Source: a candidate division WOR-3 bacterium
Lineage (GTDB): Bacteria > Hydrothermota > Hydrothermia > B15-G9 > WFZT01
Direction: 5' to 3'
Assembly (NCBI GenBank): GCA_027053075.1
Contig: JALUEE010000030.1
Span: 1 to 53,036, forward strand
Length of the DNA stretch: 53,036 nucleotides
Shown here piece after piece: positions 28,742-39,100 of the stretch. A program made the position numbers and the translations under genes. The notes below the pieces were generated by a model. The model worked only from the letters and a program-made list of their open reading frames with translations. It was not told the origin of the DNA and did not search any database. How positions within the stretch are numbered: position 1 is the first letter of the stretch; the number at the start of each line of letters is the position of its first letter.

Positions 28742-30879
28742 CACTCAAGCTTTTTCTGCACCTTCTTGATCTCAAAGGCCTCTAAAATGTCACCCTCTTT
28801 AACCTTGTCAAAACCTTCTACCTTTATGCCACATTCGTAACCTGCCTGGACTTCCTTCACATCATCTTTAAATCTCTTAAGTGAGGCAATTCGTCCTTCA
28901 TAGAGTACATCTTCGCCGCGCTTTACTCGGATATAGGCATCGCGACGAATAACTCCATTAAGCACAATACATCCGGCAACATTCCCAATCTTCGGCACGT
29001 GGAATACCTTTTTAACCTCAGCCTGACCAAGAACATTCTCAACTGTCTCTGGCTCCAGTAAGGAAGCAAGAAGATTTTTCACATCATCCATGAGTTCGTA
29101 AATAACCTTGTATGTCTTTATCATTACGCCTTCCGCTTTCGCAAGCCTTCTTGCCTCTGGGAATACACCCACATTGAATGCGATTATTATTCCCTCAGCC
29201 GCTGAAGCCAGCAGGATATCCGATTCTTTCACATCACCGATTCCCTGGTGAACAATGGTCACTTTTACCTCTTCGTAAACCATCTTGCCAAGTACATCAC
29301 TAATAGCTTCAAGAGAGCCCTGCTTGTCCGCCTTGATAATGATGGGAAGCTCCTTCAGCTCTCCTGCTTTAAGCTTTTCCTGAATCCTTTTGATGGTAAT
29401 CTCAGACTCACCCTTAATGAGCTGCTCTTTTTTGATACGTTTTTTCTCCTCGGCGATCTCTCTTGCCTGAGAATCCGAATCTACGACATAGAAAATGTCA
29501 CCTGCGTGTGGCAATTCTTCAAAACCCTGAACAAGTACAGGCATGCCGGGAGTCGCCTCCTTCACACGCTGATTAAACTCGTTGTACATAGCCCGAACAC
29601 GGCCATAGGTGGTTCCCGCAACAAAGGGCATGCCCACTTTCAAGGTTCCCTTCTGAACGAGCACGGTACCAACAGGCCCGCGTCCCTTTTCCAATCCTGA
29701 TTCGAGGATCACACCGCGCGGCTTACCTTCATAAGGTGCCTTAAGGTCAAGCTCAGCTGCCTTAAGTAAAATCGCGTCCAGAAGATCAGGCACACCCTGG
29801 CCTGTTTTGGCAGAGATTTCCACCATTATGGTATCACCACCCCATTCTTCGGGAATCAGCTCGTACTTGGTAAGCTCACGGCGTACCTTCTCTGGATCAG
29901 CCTCGGGTAAGTCAATCTTATTTATTGCCACTATTATGGGTACACGTGCAGCTTTTGCGTGGTTTATAGCCTCAACAGTCTGGGGCTTCACTCCTTCGTT
30001 TGCGGCAACAACAAGTACCACAATATCAGTAACCTGGGCACCTCTTGCCCTCAGGGCCGTAAACGCTTCGTGACCCGGAGTATCAATAAAAGTAATTTTC
30101 TCGCCATCCACCTCAACTTGATAGGCACCGATATGCTGGGTAATGCCACCTGCCTCCCTCGCAGCAACATTGGTTTTCCTTAGATAGTCGAGCAATGTGG
30201 TCTTTCCATGGTCCACATGTCCCATTACAGTCACAACAGGTGGCCTTGGCCTGAGCTCAAGCTCTTCCTCTTCTTCGATTTCCTCAACCTCTTCCTCTTT
30301 AACCTCAACTTCGTATCCATACTCGCTGGCGATGATAGACATGGTATCCACATCTATAGTCTGGTTGACGGTTGCCATTATACCCTGTCTGAAGAGAAGC
30401 TCTACTATTTCCACAGGTTCCACACCAAGCATCTTTGCAAATTCACCAACAGGCATGGGACCGGGAATGATTAGCACCTTCTTTTCCTCTTCCTCTATCT
30501 GGACCTCTTTAGGCTTCTTCTTCCTCTTGGGCTTTGCCTGCCCGCGTTCCATCTTTGAAAGGGTCTTTGAGACCCTTTCCTTAATCTCTTTTTGCTGAAA
30601 TCTCCTGGGGCGTTTCCTCTGCTCCTGTTTACTCTTCCCTTCTTCGCCCCAGATTTTTTTCTTCCTCTCAAAATCCTGGCGGTGTTCCTTTTTTGCCTTT
30701 GAGATTTCGGCACGCACCGCCTTTTCCATCTCTTTTGTAACAGTACTGCTGTGCGACTTAACCTGGGTATACCCCAGCTGTTGCAACATATCAACTAAAG
30801 CACGGTTGGAAAGACCGAGCTGCTGTGCCAGGTCTTTAACTCTCTTCTTTTTGACTTCCTTCTTCGGTTTTTCCTTCAT
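28741..30879 (-). CDS. infB: Translation initiation factor IF-2
   Basis: RPPVVTVMGHVDHGKTTLLD, DTPGHEAF, SLKRFKDDVKEV. Confidence 0.99.
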   Translation of the reverse strand: MKEKPKKEVKKKRVKDLAQQLGLSNRALVDMLQQLGYTQVKSHSSTVTKEMEKAVRAEISKAKKEHRQDFERKKKIWGEEGKSKQEQRKRPRRFQQKEIKERVSKTLSKMERGQAKPKRKKKPKEVQIEEEEKKVLIIPGPMPVGEFAKMLGVEPVEIVELLFRQGIMATVNQTIDVDTMSIIASEYGYEVEVKEEEVEEIEEEEELELRPRPPVVTVMGHVDHGKTTLLDYLRKTNVAAREAGGITQHIGAYQVEVDGEKITFIDTPGHEAFTALRARGAQVTDIVVLVVAANEGVKPQTVEAINHAKAARVPIIVAINKIDLPEADPEKVRRELTKYELIPEEWGGDTIMVEISAKTGQGVPDLLDAILLKAAELDLKAPYEGKPRGVILESGLEKGRGPVGTVLVQKGTLKVGMPFVAGTTYGRVRAMYNEFNQRVKEATPGMPVLVQGFEELPHAGDIFYVVDSDSQAREIAEEKKRIKKEQLIKGESEITIKRIQEKLKAGELKELPIIIKADKQGSLEAISDVLGKMVYEEVKVTIVHQGIGDVKESDILLASAAEGIIIAFNVGVFPEARRLAKAEGVMIKTYKVIYELMDDVKNLLASLLEPETVENVLGQAEVKKVFHVPKIGNVAGCIVLNGVIRRDAYIRVKRGEDVLYEGRIASLKRFKDDVKEVQAGYECGIKVEGFDKVKEGDILEAFEIKKVQKKLE

Positions 30880-32102
30880 TTAGCTTTTTCCTCTAATTTT
30901 TCCTCGATTTTTTCAAGGACCTTTATCGCTGTCTCCTCATCAATGCCCTCAACTGCCACAAGCTCTGCCAGTGAGGGAATTTCCTTAAATACGTAGAAAC
31001 CAGCGTCTCTTAATTTCTCTTTAACTTCGTCATCAATACCATCGAGCTCCAGCAGGGTAACGGCATCTTTCGGTGGCTTCATCTCAGACACCGGAATCAC
31101 CACTATCTCTTTACCCACCAGTTTTGAGGCAAGAATCACATTCTGGGCCTCTTTACCCTTTGCCTCAGGAACCTTGTCTTCCTCCACCACGAAATAGATT
31201 TTGTCGTCGTCTTCATAGATAACGAGGGGCTTTGCCGGTGACATGGCAAGGGCCGTAAATCTGATAGGATCAGGGTCCCATTTGATAACGTCTATCTTCT
31301 CGTTGGATAATTCTTTGACAATGGGCTGGATACGGGTTCCACGGATTCCAATGCAGGCGCCAATGGGATCAACCTTCGGGTCTTTGGAGCGCACCGCCAC
31401 CTTTGACCTTTTACCAGGTATTCTTGCCACCGCCTTAACTTCAACCGTTCCCTCGCTTACCTCAGGAATCTCAAACTCAAGCAGTCCTCTCAAGAAATCG
31501 GGGTGTGTTCTCGATAAAATCACCTGTGGCCGTCTCCTCTGGTCTTCAACGCGAAGCACGAGCGCCTTGATAGTGCCTCCCTGCTTGTATTTTTCACCGG
31601 GAATCTGCTCCTCAGGTGGAAGGATAGCCTCTGCCTTACCAAGACTGATGTAAACCCCGGTCTTGTCCACCTTTTGAATGGTTCCGGAAATAATCTCTCC
31701 AACCTTCTCCTGGAAATCCCTGTAGATATGCTGCTTTTCCGCCTCCCTAATCTTCTGAAGGAACACGTTTTGAATCTTGTAAACTACACTCCTGCCAAAA
31801 TCGGTGAATGGGACAGGGACTCTTACAAAGTCATCAACCTTCACATCAGGGTTAATCTTTTTCGCCTCTTCAATAGAAATCTCACGGTCCGGGTCACTCA
31901 CGTTTTCCACAACCTTCTTATTCACCCAGACAGTAACATCTCCCTTTTTGGGGTCAATCTCCACATTAACATCGTAGTCCATACCTTTGGATTTTCTGAT
32001 TGCCAGTGCAATAGCATCTTTCAGGGCGCCAATAACAAAATCCCTGTCCAGCTTTCTCTGCCTTGTAATTTGATTAATTAATTCAACAATTTCGCCATTC
32101 AT
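30876..32102 (-). CDS. nusA: Transcription termination factor NusA
   Basis: FGR..., ILSRTHP, EIPE, ARIPGKRSKVAV, DPIGACIG.RG.RI. Confidence 0.97.
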   Translation of the reverse strand: MNGEIVELINQITRQRKLDRDFVIGALKDAIALAIRKSKGMDYDVNVEIDPKKGDVTVWVNKKVVENVSDPDREISIEEAKKINPDVKVDDFVRVPVPFTDFGRSVVYKIQNVFLQKIREAEKQHIYRDFQEKVGEIISGTIQKVDKTGVYISLGKAEAILPPEEQIPGEKYKQGGTIKALVLRVEDQRRRPQVILSRTHPDFLRGLLEFEIPEVSEGTVEVKAVARIPGKRSKVAVRSKDPKVDPIGACIGIRGTRIQPIVKELSNEKIDVIKWDPDPIRFTALAMSPAKPLVIYEDDDKIYFVVEEDKVPEAKGKEAQNVILASKLVGKEIVVIPVSEMKPPKDAVTLLELDGIDDEVKEKLRDAGFYVFKEIPSLAELVAVEGIDEETAIKVLEKIEEKLEEKAK

Positions 32103-32104
32103 CC

Positions 32105-32545
32105 TTACACCTCATCAAGTTGAATTTTTAAAATTTTATCTTTCTCAATCTCAGTATCGTCAATTATTATCCTGTCTTCCAGGTTATCAATCAGCCGTCC
32201 TTTTAGCTCCCCCTCAAGTGTTACGACCCTGACTTTCTTGCCGATTGCCCAGTTTATTTCCCTGTCTTTCTTTAAAACCCTGTCAAGACCTGGAGATGAT
32301 ACTTCCAAAATATAAGGGCCGGAGATAAAATCCTCAACATCCAGAATGAGGGAAAGTTCTTCCGAAACACTTGCACATTCGTTTACACTGATCCCGCCTT
32401 CACGGCGGTCTATGAAAACCCTGAGAAGTTGCCTACGACCGGCGCCTTTAAATTCAACGTCAACAAGCACATACCCTCGCCGCTCGAGAATAGGCTGCAG
32501 AATTTCTTCAACCTTCCTCTCGATTTCTTCATTATCCAGTGGCAT
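32105..32545 (-). CDS. rimP: Ribosome maturation factor RimP
   Basis: LRVFID...ECASVS...YILEVSSPGLDR. Confidence 0.95.
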   Translation of the reverse strand: MPLDNEEIERKVEEILQPILERRGYVLVDVEFKGAGRRQLLRVFIDRREGGISVNECASVSEELSLILDVEDFISGPYILEVSSPGLDRVLKKDREINWAIGKKVRVVTLEGELKGRLIDNLEDRIIIDDTEIEKDKILKIQLDEV

Positions 32546-34250
32546 TCTCCTTTTTCATCCTCCTTACAAGGTCTGCAACATAGGAGATAGAATCTTCTAT
32601 CCGAAGGTCTTCGCGAGAACCATCCTTCCTTATCTGGAGTTCAACAAGTCCATTCTTCACCTTCCTGTCGCCCACAATTATTCTGATAGGTATTCCCACA
32701 AGGTCAGCGTCTTTGAATTTAAATCCTGGACTTGCATCCCTATCGTCCCATATTACATCAATTTTGCTCTCCATCAAGCCTTTATAAATGCTTTCTGCAA
32801 CTTCGCGGGTTCGAGGTGAATTTAATTCAATAATTTCCACCTCGTAGGGTGCAATGTTAATCGGCAGAGAAAGCCCATTTTTGTCGCCGTAGAGCTCAGC
32901 TGCGGCTGCAAGAATTCTGCCCACGCCAATTCCATAACTCCCCATAACGATGGGACGCTCCTTGCCGTCTTTATCCATAAAATACGCATGCAATGTCTCG
33001 GAATACTTAAGACCAAGCTTAAAAATATGCCCAATTTCAAGGGCTGTCTTAATTTTGAGCGGGTTTCCACAGCGAGGACACAGATCACTGTCTTTCACGA
33101 CCCTGAAATCACCAAACTCTTTGATCTTAACCTCGTTCAGTATGTCCACTCCCACAAGATGGTAATCATCCTCATTTGCCCCAACTATTGCCTTCTCAAG
33201 GGTCTTCACACTCTCATCAGCGTAAATTTCGTCTATATCAAGGCCCACGGGGCCGAGAAAACCAACAGATACTCCAAAGCGTTCTTTAACCTCATCTGGC
33301 GGGGCAAGATGTATATTCGCCCCGAATTTCTGCATAATTTTTGCTTCATTAATTTCGTAATCACCTCGAATCAGGATAGCAATAAATTTATCATCAACTT
33401 TGAAAAGCAAACTTTTGACAAGATGCTCAGGTGTGACACCGAGGAAGTTTGATACCTCTTCTACTGTTTTCACACCAGGGGTGTGGACTTTCTCTTTTTT
33501 CGTATATTTGGGCTTAACTTTTCCCCCTGGAATCCGGGCTGTTGCCACCTCGGTATTTGCCGAATACCCACACTTTTCGCAAATTGCGAGGGAGTCTTCA
33601 CCGGCATCTGAGAGGACCATAAATTCCTCTGACTGGGAGCCTCCCATTAAGCCAGATGATGCCTGAACTATTGTGAATTTAAGCCCGCAGCGTGTAAAAA
33701 TGTTTTGATAGGCCTTTCTGTGAAGCTCATAGCTTACATCAAGGCCTTTGAAATCCCTATCAAGGCTGTATGAATCTTTCATGATAAATTCTCTCACACG
33801 TAGAAGGCCAAATCTTGGGCGCGGCTCGTCCCTGAACTTTGTCTGAATCTGATACCATATCTGCGGTAAATCACGGTAGGAGCGAATCTCGTTTCTCGCA
33901 AGGTCGGCAATTATCTCTTCGTGCGTGGGAGCAAGTGCCTGGTCCTTACCCTTTCTGTCTTTGAGTCTCAGCATTTCGCTACCAAAATCAACCCACCTGC
34001 CGGACTGTTTCCATAATTCAGCTGATGTTAGAGCCGGTAAAAGGAGCTCCTGTGCGCCAATGGCGTTCATCTCTTCTCTGATAATCTGCATGATTTTGAG
34101 CATGGAGCGCCATCCGAGTGGCAGGAAGTTGTATACACCGCTTTGGTGTTGCCTGATATAACCAGCCTTTACGAGGAAAATATGAGACTTCGCCTCTGCA
34201 TCTTTAGGCGCCTCTTTTAATGTCGGTATAAACGCTTTTGACCATTTCAT
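32532..34250 (-). CDS. proS: Proline--tRNA ligase, bacterial type with editing domain
   Basis: PTHEE, QIQTKFRDEPRPRFGLLRVREFIMKDSYS, EIGHIFKLG, MGSYGIG. Confidence 0.98.
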   Translation of the reverse strand: MKWSKAFIPTLKEAPKDAEAKSHIFLVKAGYIRQHQSGVYNFLPLGWRSMLKIMQIIREEMNAIGAQELLLPALTSAELWKQSGRWVDFGSEMLRLKDRKGKDQALAPTHEEIIADLARNEIRSYRDLPQIWYQIQTKFRDEPRPRFGLLRVREFIMKDSYSLDRDFKGLDVSYELHRKAYQNIFTRCGLKFTIVQASSGLMGGSQSEEFMVLSDAGEDSLAICEKCGYSANTEVATARIPGGKVKPKYTKKEKVHTPGVKTVEEVSNFLGVTPEHLVKSLLFKVDDKFIAILIRGDYEINEAKIMQKFGANIHLAPPDEVKERFGVSVGFLGPVGLDIDEIYADESVKTLEKAIVGANEDDYHLVGVDILNEVKIKEFGDFRVVKDSDLCPRCGNPLKIKTALEIGHIFKLGLKYSETLHAYFMDKDGKERPIVMGSYGIGVGRILAAAAELYGDKNGLSLPINIAPYEVEIIELNSPRTREVAESIYKGLMESKIDVIWDDRDASPGFKFKDADLVGIPIRIIVGDRKVKNGLVELQIRKDGSREDLRIEDSISYVADLVRRMKKENATG

Positions 34251-34258
34251 AGCTGTTT

Positions 34259-34287
34259 ATTGTAATGAATCACGCTTAATTATTCAA
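34259..34287 (-). promoter_or_regulatory. Sigma70-type promoter of the proS operon, probably leaderless
   Basis: Minus strand TTGAAT-17-TACAAT, then 8 nt to ATG; no SD. Confidence 0.55.
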
Positions 34288-34342
34288 TTTTGGCGGACTT
34301 GACAGAAGTGTATCAAACTTTCCGCGGATTTATCCAGAATTT

Positions 34343-34384
34343 TCCCTCCTTCCAGTGGAAGGAAGGGTTAGGGGAGAATGGGGC
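34343..34384. repeat. Family-B REP-like palindrome
   Basis: CCCTCCTTCCAGTGGAAGGAAGGGTTAGGGGAGAATGGGG; compare 124-142 and 9752-9795. Confidence 0.8.
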
Positions 34385-34567
34385 AAAAATACCCTAAAGA
34401 ATTTAGAATGCTTAATAAGATTACTTCACGTGCACTTTGCACATGGGATACCATTTTTCAATGTGTTCATTTGGGGAGATTGTTTGAAAAATTCTCGGTT
34501 TAATTCCGGGAATTCAATGACACAGAGTATTCCAGACAAATTTCCTTCACCCCTTATTAAAAATGTT

Positions 34568-34843
34568 CTACCTGTGCATGCGCTCAATCCGGTGGATCTG
34601 TCCATTTATGGTCTTAAACACAATGTGGTCATCGGTATCCTCTACAAGCCAACCGAGATAAGTTCGATGCCCATCACAGTCTCTGAAGCTCACAATATGC
34701 GAGGGATTTACACCCAATGAGTCAATATACTCCCTTTTCTCATCCTGGGAGAGTTCATGAATCCTTAGATGGAATACTGTACGCTGATTTCCTCCCATAA
34801 TGGGAGCCTTCCATGCAAATTTTTCCATCGGTCTGATTTCCAT
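34568..34843 (-). CDS. Hypothetical protein (91 aa)
   Basis: ATG with AAGGGTGA SD; protein-like composition; co-oriented downstream of queF and the transporter. Confidence 0.55.
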   Translation of the reverse strand: MEIRPMEKFAWKAPIMGGNQRTVFHLRIHELSQDEKREYIDSLGVNPSHIVSFRDCDGHRTYLGWLVEDTDDHIVFKTINGQIHRIERMHR

Positions 34844-34877
34844 AATATCACCCTTTAAGAATTTAGACTAAAGGCCC

Positions 34878-35564
34878 TTATTTTTCAACTGGTGTTATGA
34901 GCCTTTTATACCACAAAAACCAGGGGGTATCCAGAAAACCTATGATATTCTTACTGACCATTTGACCAATAATGAGTGGTCCAATCGGCATTGTCCCCCA
35001 GAACGCAAGCGTTACAAATATCACTGAATCGAGCGTCAAATCAATAACATCGCTCCCCACACTCCTGAGCCATACAAGAGCGGTAAACCTCTGCTTGAGT
35101 TTGTCAAAAACATAGGCGTCGATATTCTGGCAAATTAAAAATGAAATCCAGCTTGCAACGGTGATGCGAATACTGAGCGAGAAAAGAGAATGCCAGGCAG
35201 ATTCAAATTTAAAGAAAGGAGCGGGAGCAAGTGAATTCATCATTAGAATAAAGGTAATCAACAGCACCTGACTTACAAAGGCAATACCTATGGCAATTTG
35301 CGTCTTCTTTCTCCCATAGACCTCATTGATCATATCAATGGCCTGCGAAATAAAGGGATAAATAAAGATCGCCGAGGGGGCAAAAAATTTATAAATCTTC
35401 AGGTCGAATATCACTATTCTGGAGGCAAAAATCTGTGATGCGGCAAGGTAGAGCACATACATGGCTGTGAGGGCAGCAAATCCGAGCTCAGGATATTTGC
35501 GCACAACCAGTGCACTGAAATAGGTAACTATAGTGAGAGAAATAACCCAGTAAACCCAGACCAT
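34878..35564 (-). CDS. Queuosine precursor transporter (YhhQ/VUT family)
   Basis: Multi-TM; DMINEVYG, RITVASWISF, LRSVGS, DSVIF; adjacent to queF. Confidence 0.9.
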   Translation of the reverse strand: MVWVYWVISLTIVTYFSALVVRKYPELGFAALTAMYVLYLAASQIFASRIVIFDLKIYKFFAPSAIFIYPFISQAIDMINEVYGRKKTQIAIGIAFVSQVLLITFILMMNSLAPAPFFKFESAWHSLFSLSIRITVASWISFLICQNIDAYVFDKLKQRFTALVWLRSVGSDVIDLTLDSVIFVTLAFWGTMPIGPLIIGQMVSKNIIGFLDTPWFLWYKRLITPVEK

Positions 35565-35567
35565 TGA

Positions 35568-35921
35568 TCACTCAGTTTTCTCTATTTCTTCTCCCTCTTC
35601 GCGTGACACAGTGACCTCGATTCCACCCCTGATATTTACAAAAAGCTCGATTTTCATGTATTTAGGCTGGATGGTATTTTTGAGGTCCTCAAATATTCTA
35701 TTTAGAAGTGCCTCATGAGTGGTTCTCTCATTTCTGAAGCTTACAAAGTAGTATTTCAGACTTTTTAGCTCAACGACCTTCTTATCAGGAATGTAAACAA
35801 TCCTGATTTTATAATAGTCCGGGTTGCCCGAAAATGGACAGAGGGCCGTAAGCTCCTCGGTAAAAATCTCAACCTTGTAATTTCTACCTGGATATTCATT
35901 ATCAATTGCAACAAGTTCCAT
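35568..35921 (-). CDS. queF: NADPH-dependent preQ0 reductase, short unimodular QueF
   Basis: E.TALCP.SG.PD, YIP, VELKSLK.Y..SFRN, HE, RGGI. Confidence 0.9.
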   Translation of the reverse strand: MELVAIDNEYPGRNYKVEIFTEELTALCPFSGNPDYYKIRIVYIPDKKVVELKSLKYYFVSFRNERTTHEALLNRIFEDLKNTIQPKYMKIELFVNIRGGIEVTVSREEGEEIEKTE

Positions 35922-35950
35922 GGCTAACCTCCGGGGAAAGAATGGTCTTA

Positions 35951-35979
35951 ACTATAAAATAACTCCCTGGAAATCTCAA
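35951..35979 (-). promoter_or_regulatory. Sigma70-type promoter for queF
   Basis: Minus strand TTGAGA-17-TATAGT. Confidence 0.6.
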
Positions 35980-36005
35980 TTGATAGATGGGGACACTTAT
36001 TTATT

Positions 36006-36038
36006 GGGGGTGCCGCGCACGAAGTGCGCGGCACCCCC
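36006..36038. repeat. Family-A hairpin (15-bp stem, GAA loop) between divergent genes
   Basis: GGGGGTGCCGCGCAC-GAA-GTGCGCGGCACCCCC. Confidence 0.9.
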
Positions 36039-36130
36039 CCAACATCAACGATAACAATCCCCTGGTTATCCCCTCCATGATAAATTGGTAAAGATTTCTG
36101 GCCGATTTTCCGAACACATTTTATAAATTG

Positions 36131-36159
36131 TTGAATTCAAATTCGGAAAATTTTATACT
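36131..36159 (+). promoter_or_regulatory. Sigma70-type promoter
   Basis: TTGAAT-17-TATACT; AGGAGGT SD downstream. Confidence 0.55.
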
Positions 36160-36183
36160 TTGGCAAAGTAGGAGGTTTGGAAA

Positions 36184-39100
36184 ATGCTTGAACTGTTGTT
36201 AGCCATAAGTATCATTGGAGGACCTGCCGGTCATGCTGACCGGAGATTCGCGGTTACTGCGGGAAACGTAAGGACAAAATTCTTCAACACGGGTGCAATA
36301 TGTGGACCGGATAGAGTGAACCCATGGCCCCGGATGGAATGGCCTGCGAATTCCGGACATACTTATTTATACGAAGCTGGTCTTTTGATCGGAGCAAGGG
36401 TAAAGGCCTATGACCCGGTGCGGCATGATAGTGTATGGATTTGGATTGTGGATGACCCTATTCAGAACGGAGGTGACGAAGATTTTGAACCGTACGGAGG
36501 ATATGCAAATCCTCAGAGCGATACTTTTGCTATCTCAAACAATAACCTCACGTGGCCCTCAGTCTGGCCAGATTACATAACTATACTGGGGGATACCATA
36601 TCGAATCTATCTGGGTCGTGGCCAGGAGAATTCTGGGGTGGAAGAATGATGGTGGATACCATTCACGGCCAGGAAAGTTTCTGGGCAATGTGTGACTCTG
36701 CTAATGTAGAATTCATGCCGGGTAACTCCAGTGGCAATCCCTACTACGACCCTGGCAACAATATGCGAGGATTGGGATTAACTGTTTATGGAAGAAGTTA
36801 TGTAGTCACTACGGATACTCTGATGAGAAATGCGATTATTTTTGATTATATAATAATCAACACCAGTGCCAGAGAATTAGACAGTCTGGTTGTTGGCTAT
36901 TACCTTGACCCGAAAATAGGAGGACCGGGGCCAGATGCCTTTGATGATATGTACGAAGTGGATACTTCACTTCAAACATTTAGATTCTACGACCAGGATG
37001 GACAGGGTATAGACGCCGATGGTAATCCTTATCAAACAGGTCAGTTTGCCTTTGTTTTTCTCCAGACTCCCGGAAATGCGTCTGATGGAATAAACAATGA
37101 TGGTGATTTTTTTATAGACGAATCCCCAACAGACGGTATCGATAATGATGGTGACTGGGATCCATATACTGACGATGTTGGTGCCGATGGAATACCAAAT
37201 ACACACGATTTTGGAGAAATGGATTTATGGCCCACGGTGGGAGAGCCACACTTCGAATGGAGAGACCCAGATGAGATAGATGAGATGGGGCTGACCGCAG
37301 CGCACAATTTCATAATTGGTGCTGGTGGAGCTTTTGCTGCAAACGATTCTGTAATGGGAGAATTTATGAGACCTGGAGTATATGACGTCTCACCGGGTCC
37401 CGGAGATCTTGTCACATTAGTTTCTTCTGGATTTTTTCGCTTACTACCGGGAGAACGGACAAGATTCGTTGTAGCCTTTGTCTTTGATCCCCACAGGAAT
37501 AATACAAACACATTGTATGCGCGTGTCAGGAGGCTTTATAGGATTTATAGAAACTTTCTGGGTGCAGGCATACCACCGGCCTATTATCAAATGAACTTCG
37601 TCAGCCCTTCACCTGGTGAGGTTATTAGTGGCAACTATCAGATTGAATGGTCACCTCAAACCCATAATCCTGAAATTCAACGCCTTGCTGCTTCATGGAA
37701 CAATGGAATTTCCTACAATATCATTGTAAGCTTCTATCAAGTCCCTGGCTCATCCTTCTCATGGGATACACACGGCTGGCCAGATGGATCACTGTACAGA
37801 TTAAAATTGGAATTAATTGATCAGCAACTGGGATTTGGATATGCAGAATCAGGTATTTTTATTCTTGATAATCCAGATGTGAACGGCAGGGGGATGGGGG
37901 TAATTCTAACTGATAATTTTCCAGACAGCTTGAGAAACACTATATCTCTTCCTGTCGTCTCTGGTGACCCGGAGGGTGATGATTATGAAGTAAAAATATT
38001 CCTTAGTGTTGATAATATGCGAAGTTGGGCCTTGATTTACGATAGTATATTTAATGCCACGTTAGACACTTCGATTTTCCAGTTTGATACAAGAGAATAT
38101 CCCAATACTGACTCAGCCTATTTTGCCGTTGTATGTAATTCTCAGGGAACTGAAGATACGACACAAATTGCAGGTCCATTCACAATAGCGAACTACAGGC
38201 ATTACCAGAGTGGCGATTCCGTGATCGCACATGTCGCTGGAACCGGTGACGGAGAAATCACGATTTGCAAATTGGGAAATCCTACAACAGATGATACATT
38301 TAGGCTCACATTCACAACCCAGAATGGTGCCATTTATTACTCCCTTTATAACTTAAACTCCGGTAATTACGTCTTTACCAATTACCCTTTGATTCCAGGT
38401 CTTGAGAGTCCAGATTTCGGTAATATGAGATTACTGATATCCACAGTGACAGACACGGTCCCGGGAGATACCTCTAATATGCATATCGCGGGGAACTCAA
38501 ATTTCAGCATAGATGTTCAGATTGCACCTCGAGGTATTAAGCTTCCTCATGATTACATAATACATTTCTACGATCATCTGGTCGGATTGGCAATGTATAA
38601 CACCATTAGAGATACCATTACAGTGAATTTCACAGTTCTGGATAGAACATCGGGTGAATTGTTCATTCCGGTATTTGTGGATGGTGATCTCGATAGTATA
38701 ATTGCGAATCCGAATGGGAGAGATGCATTATTCCCTGTTTACTATCAGAATGGACATCCTGTGCCAACATGGAAACTTAGATTTTTCGGGCCATACACCA
38801 ATCCAGTTCCACCTTCAGATGGAGACATTTACTATGTGAGAATTCTGGACCCATTTGACGAATCCGATACTTTTCTTATTTACGCTTCACGAGTTACATC
38901 CGTTCATGAGAATAATAGAGGGGGCAAACTCAATCTCCAGATGCCAACCGTCATGTTGAAAAACCGGAAAATACAACTCAGTCTGAATTTGCCTACGAGA
39001 ACAGACTTATCTATTAAGGTCTATGATGTTTCGGGCAGGTTGAGAATCCAGAAATTCCTCAATTCCAGAGGGCCGGGACTCATAAGTGTAAACATTCCAG

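Noticed and set aside
35922..36005. preQ1 riboswitch upstream of queF
   Set aside because: No preQ1-I stem with A-rich tail is visible, and the predicted promoter leaves only about 22 nt of leader.
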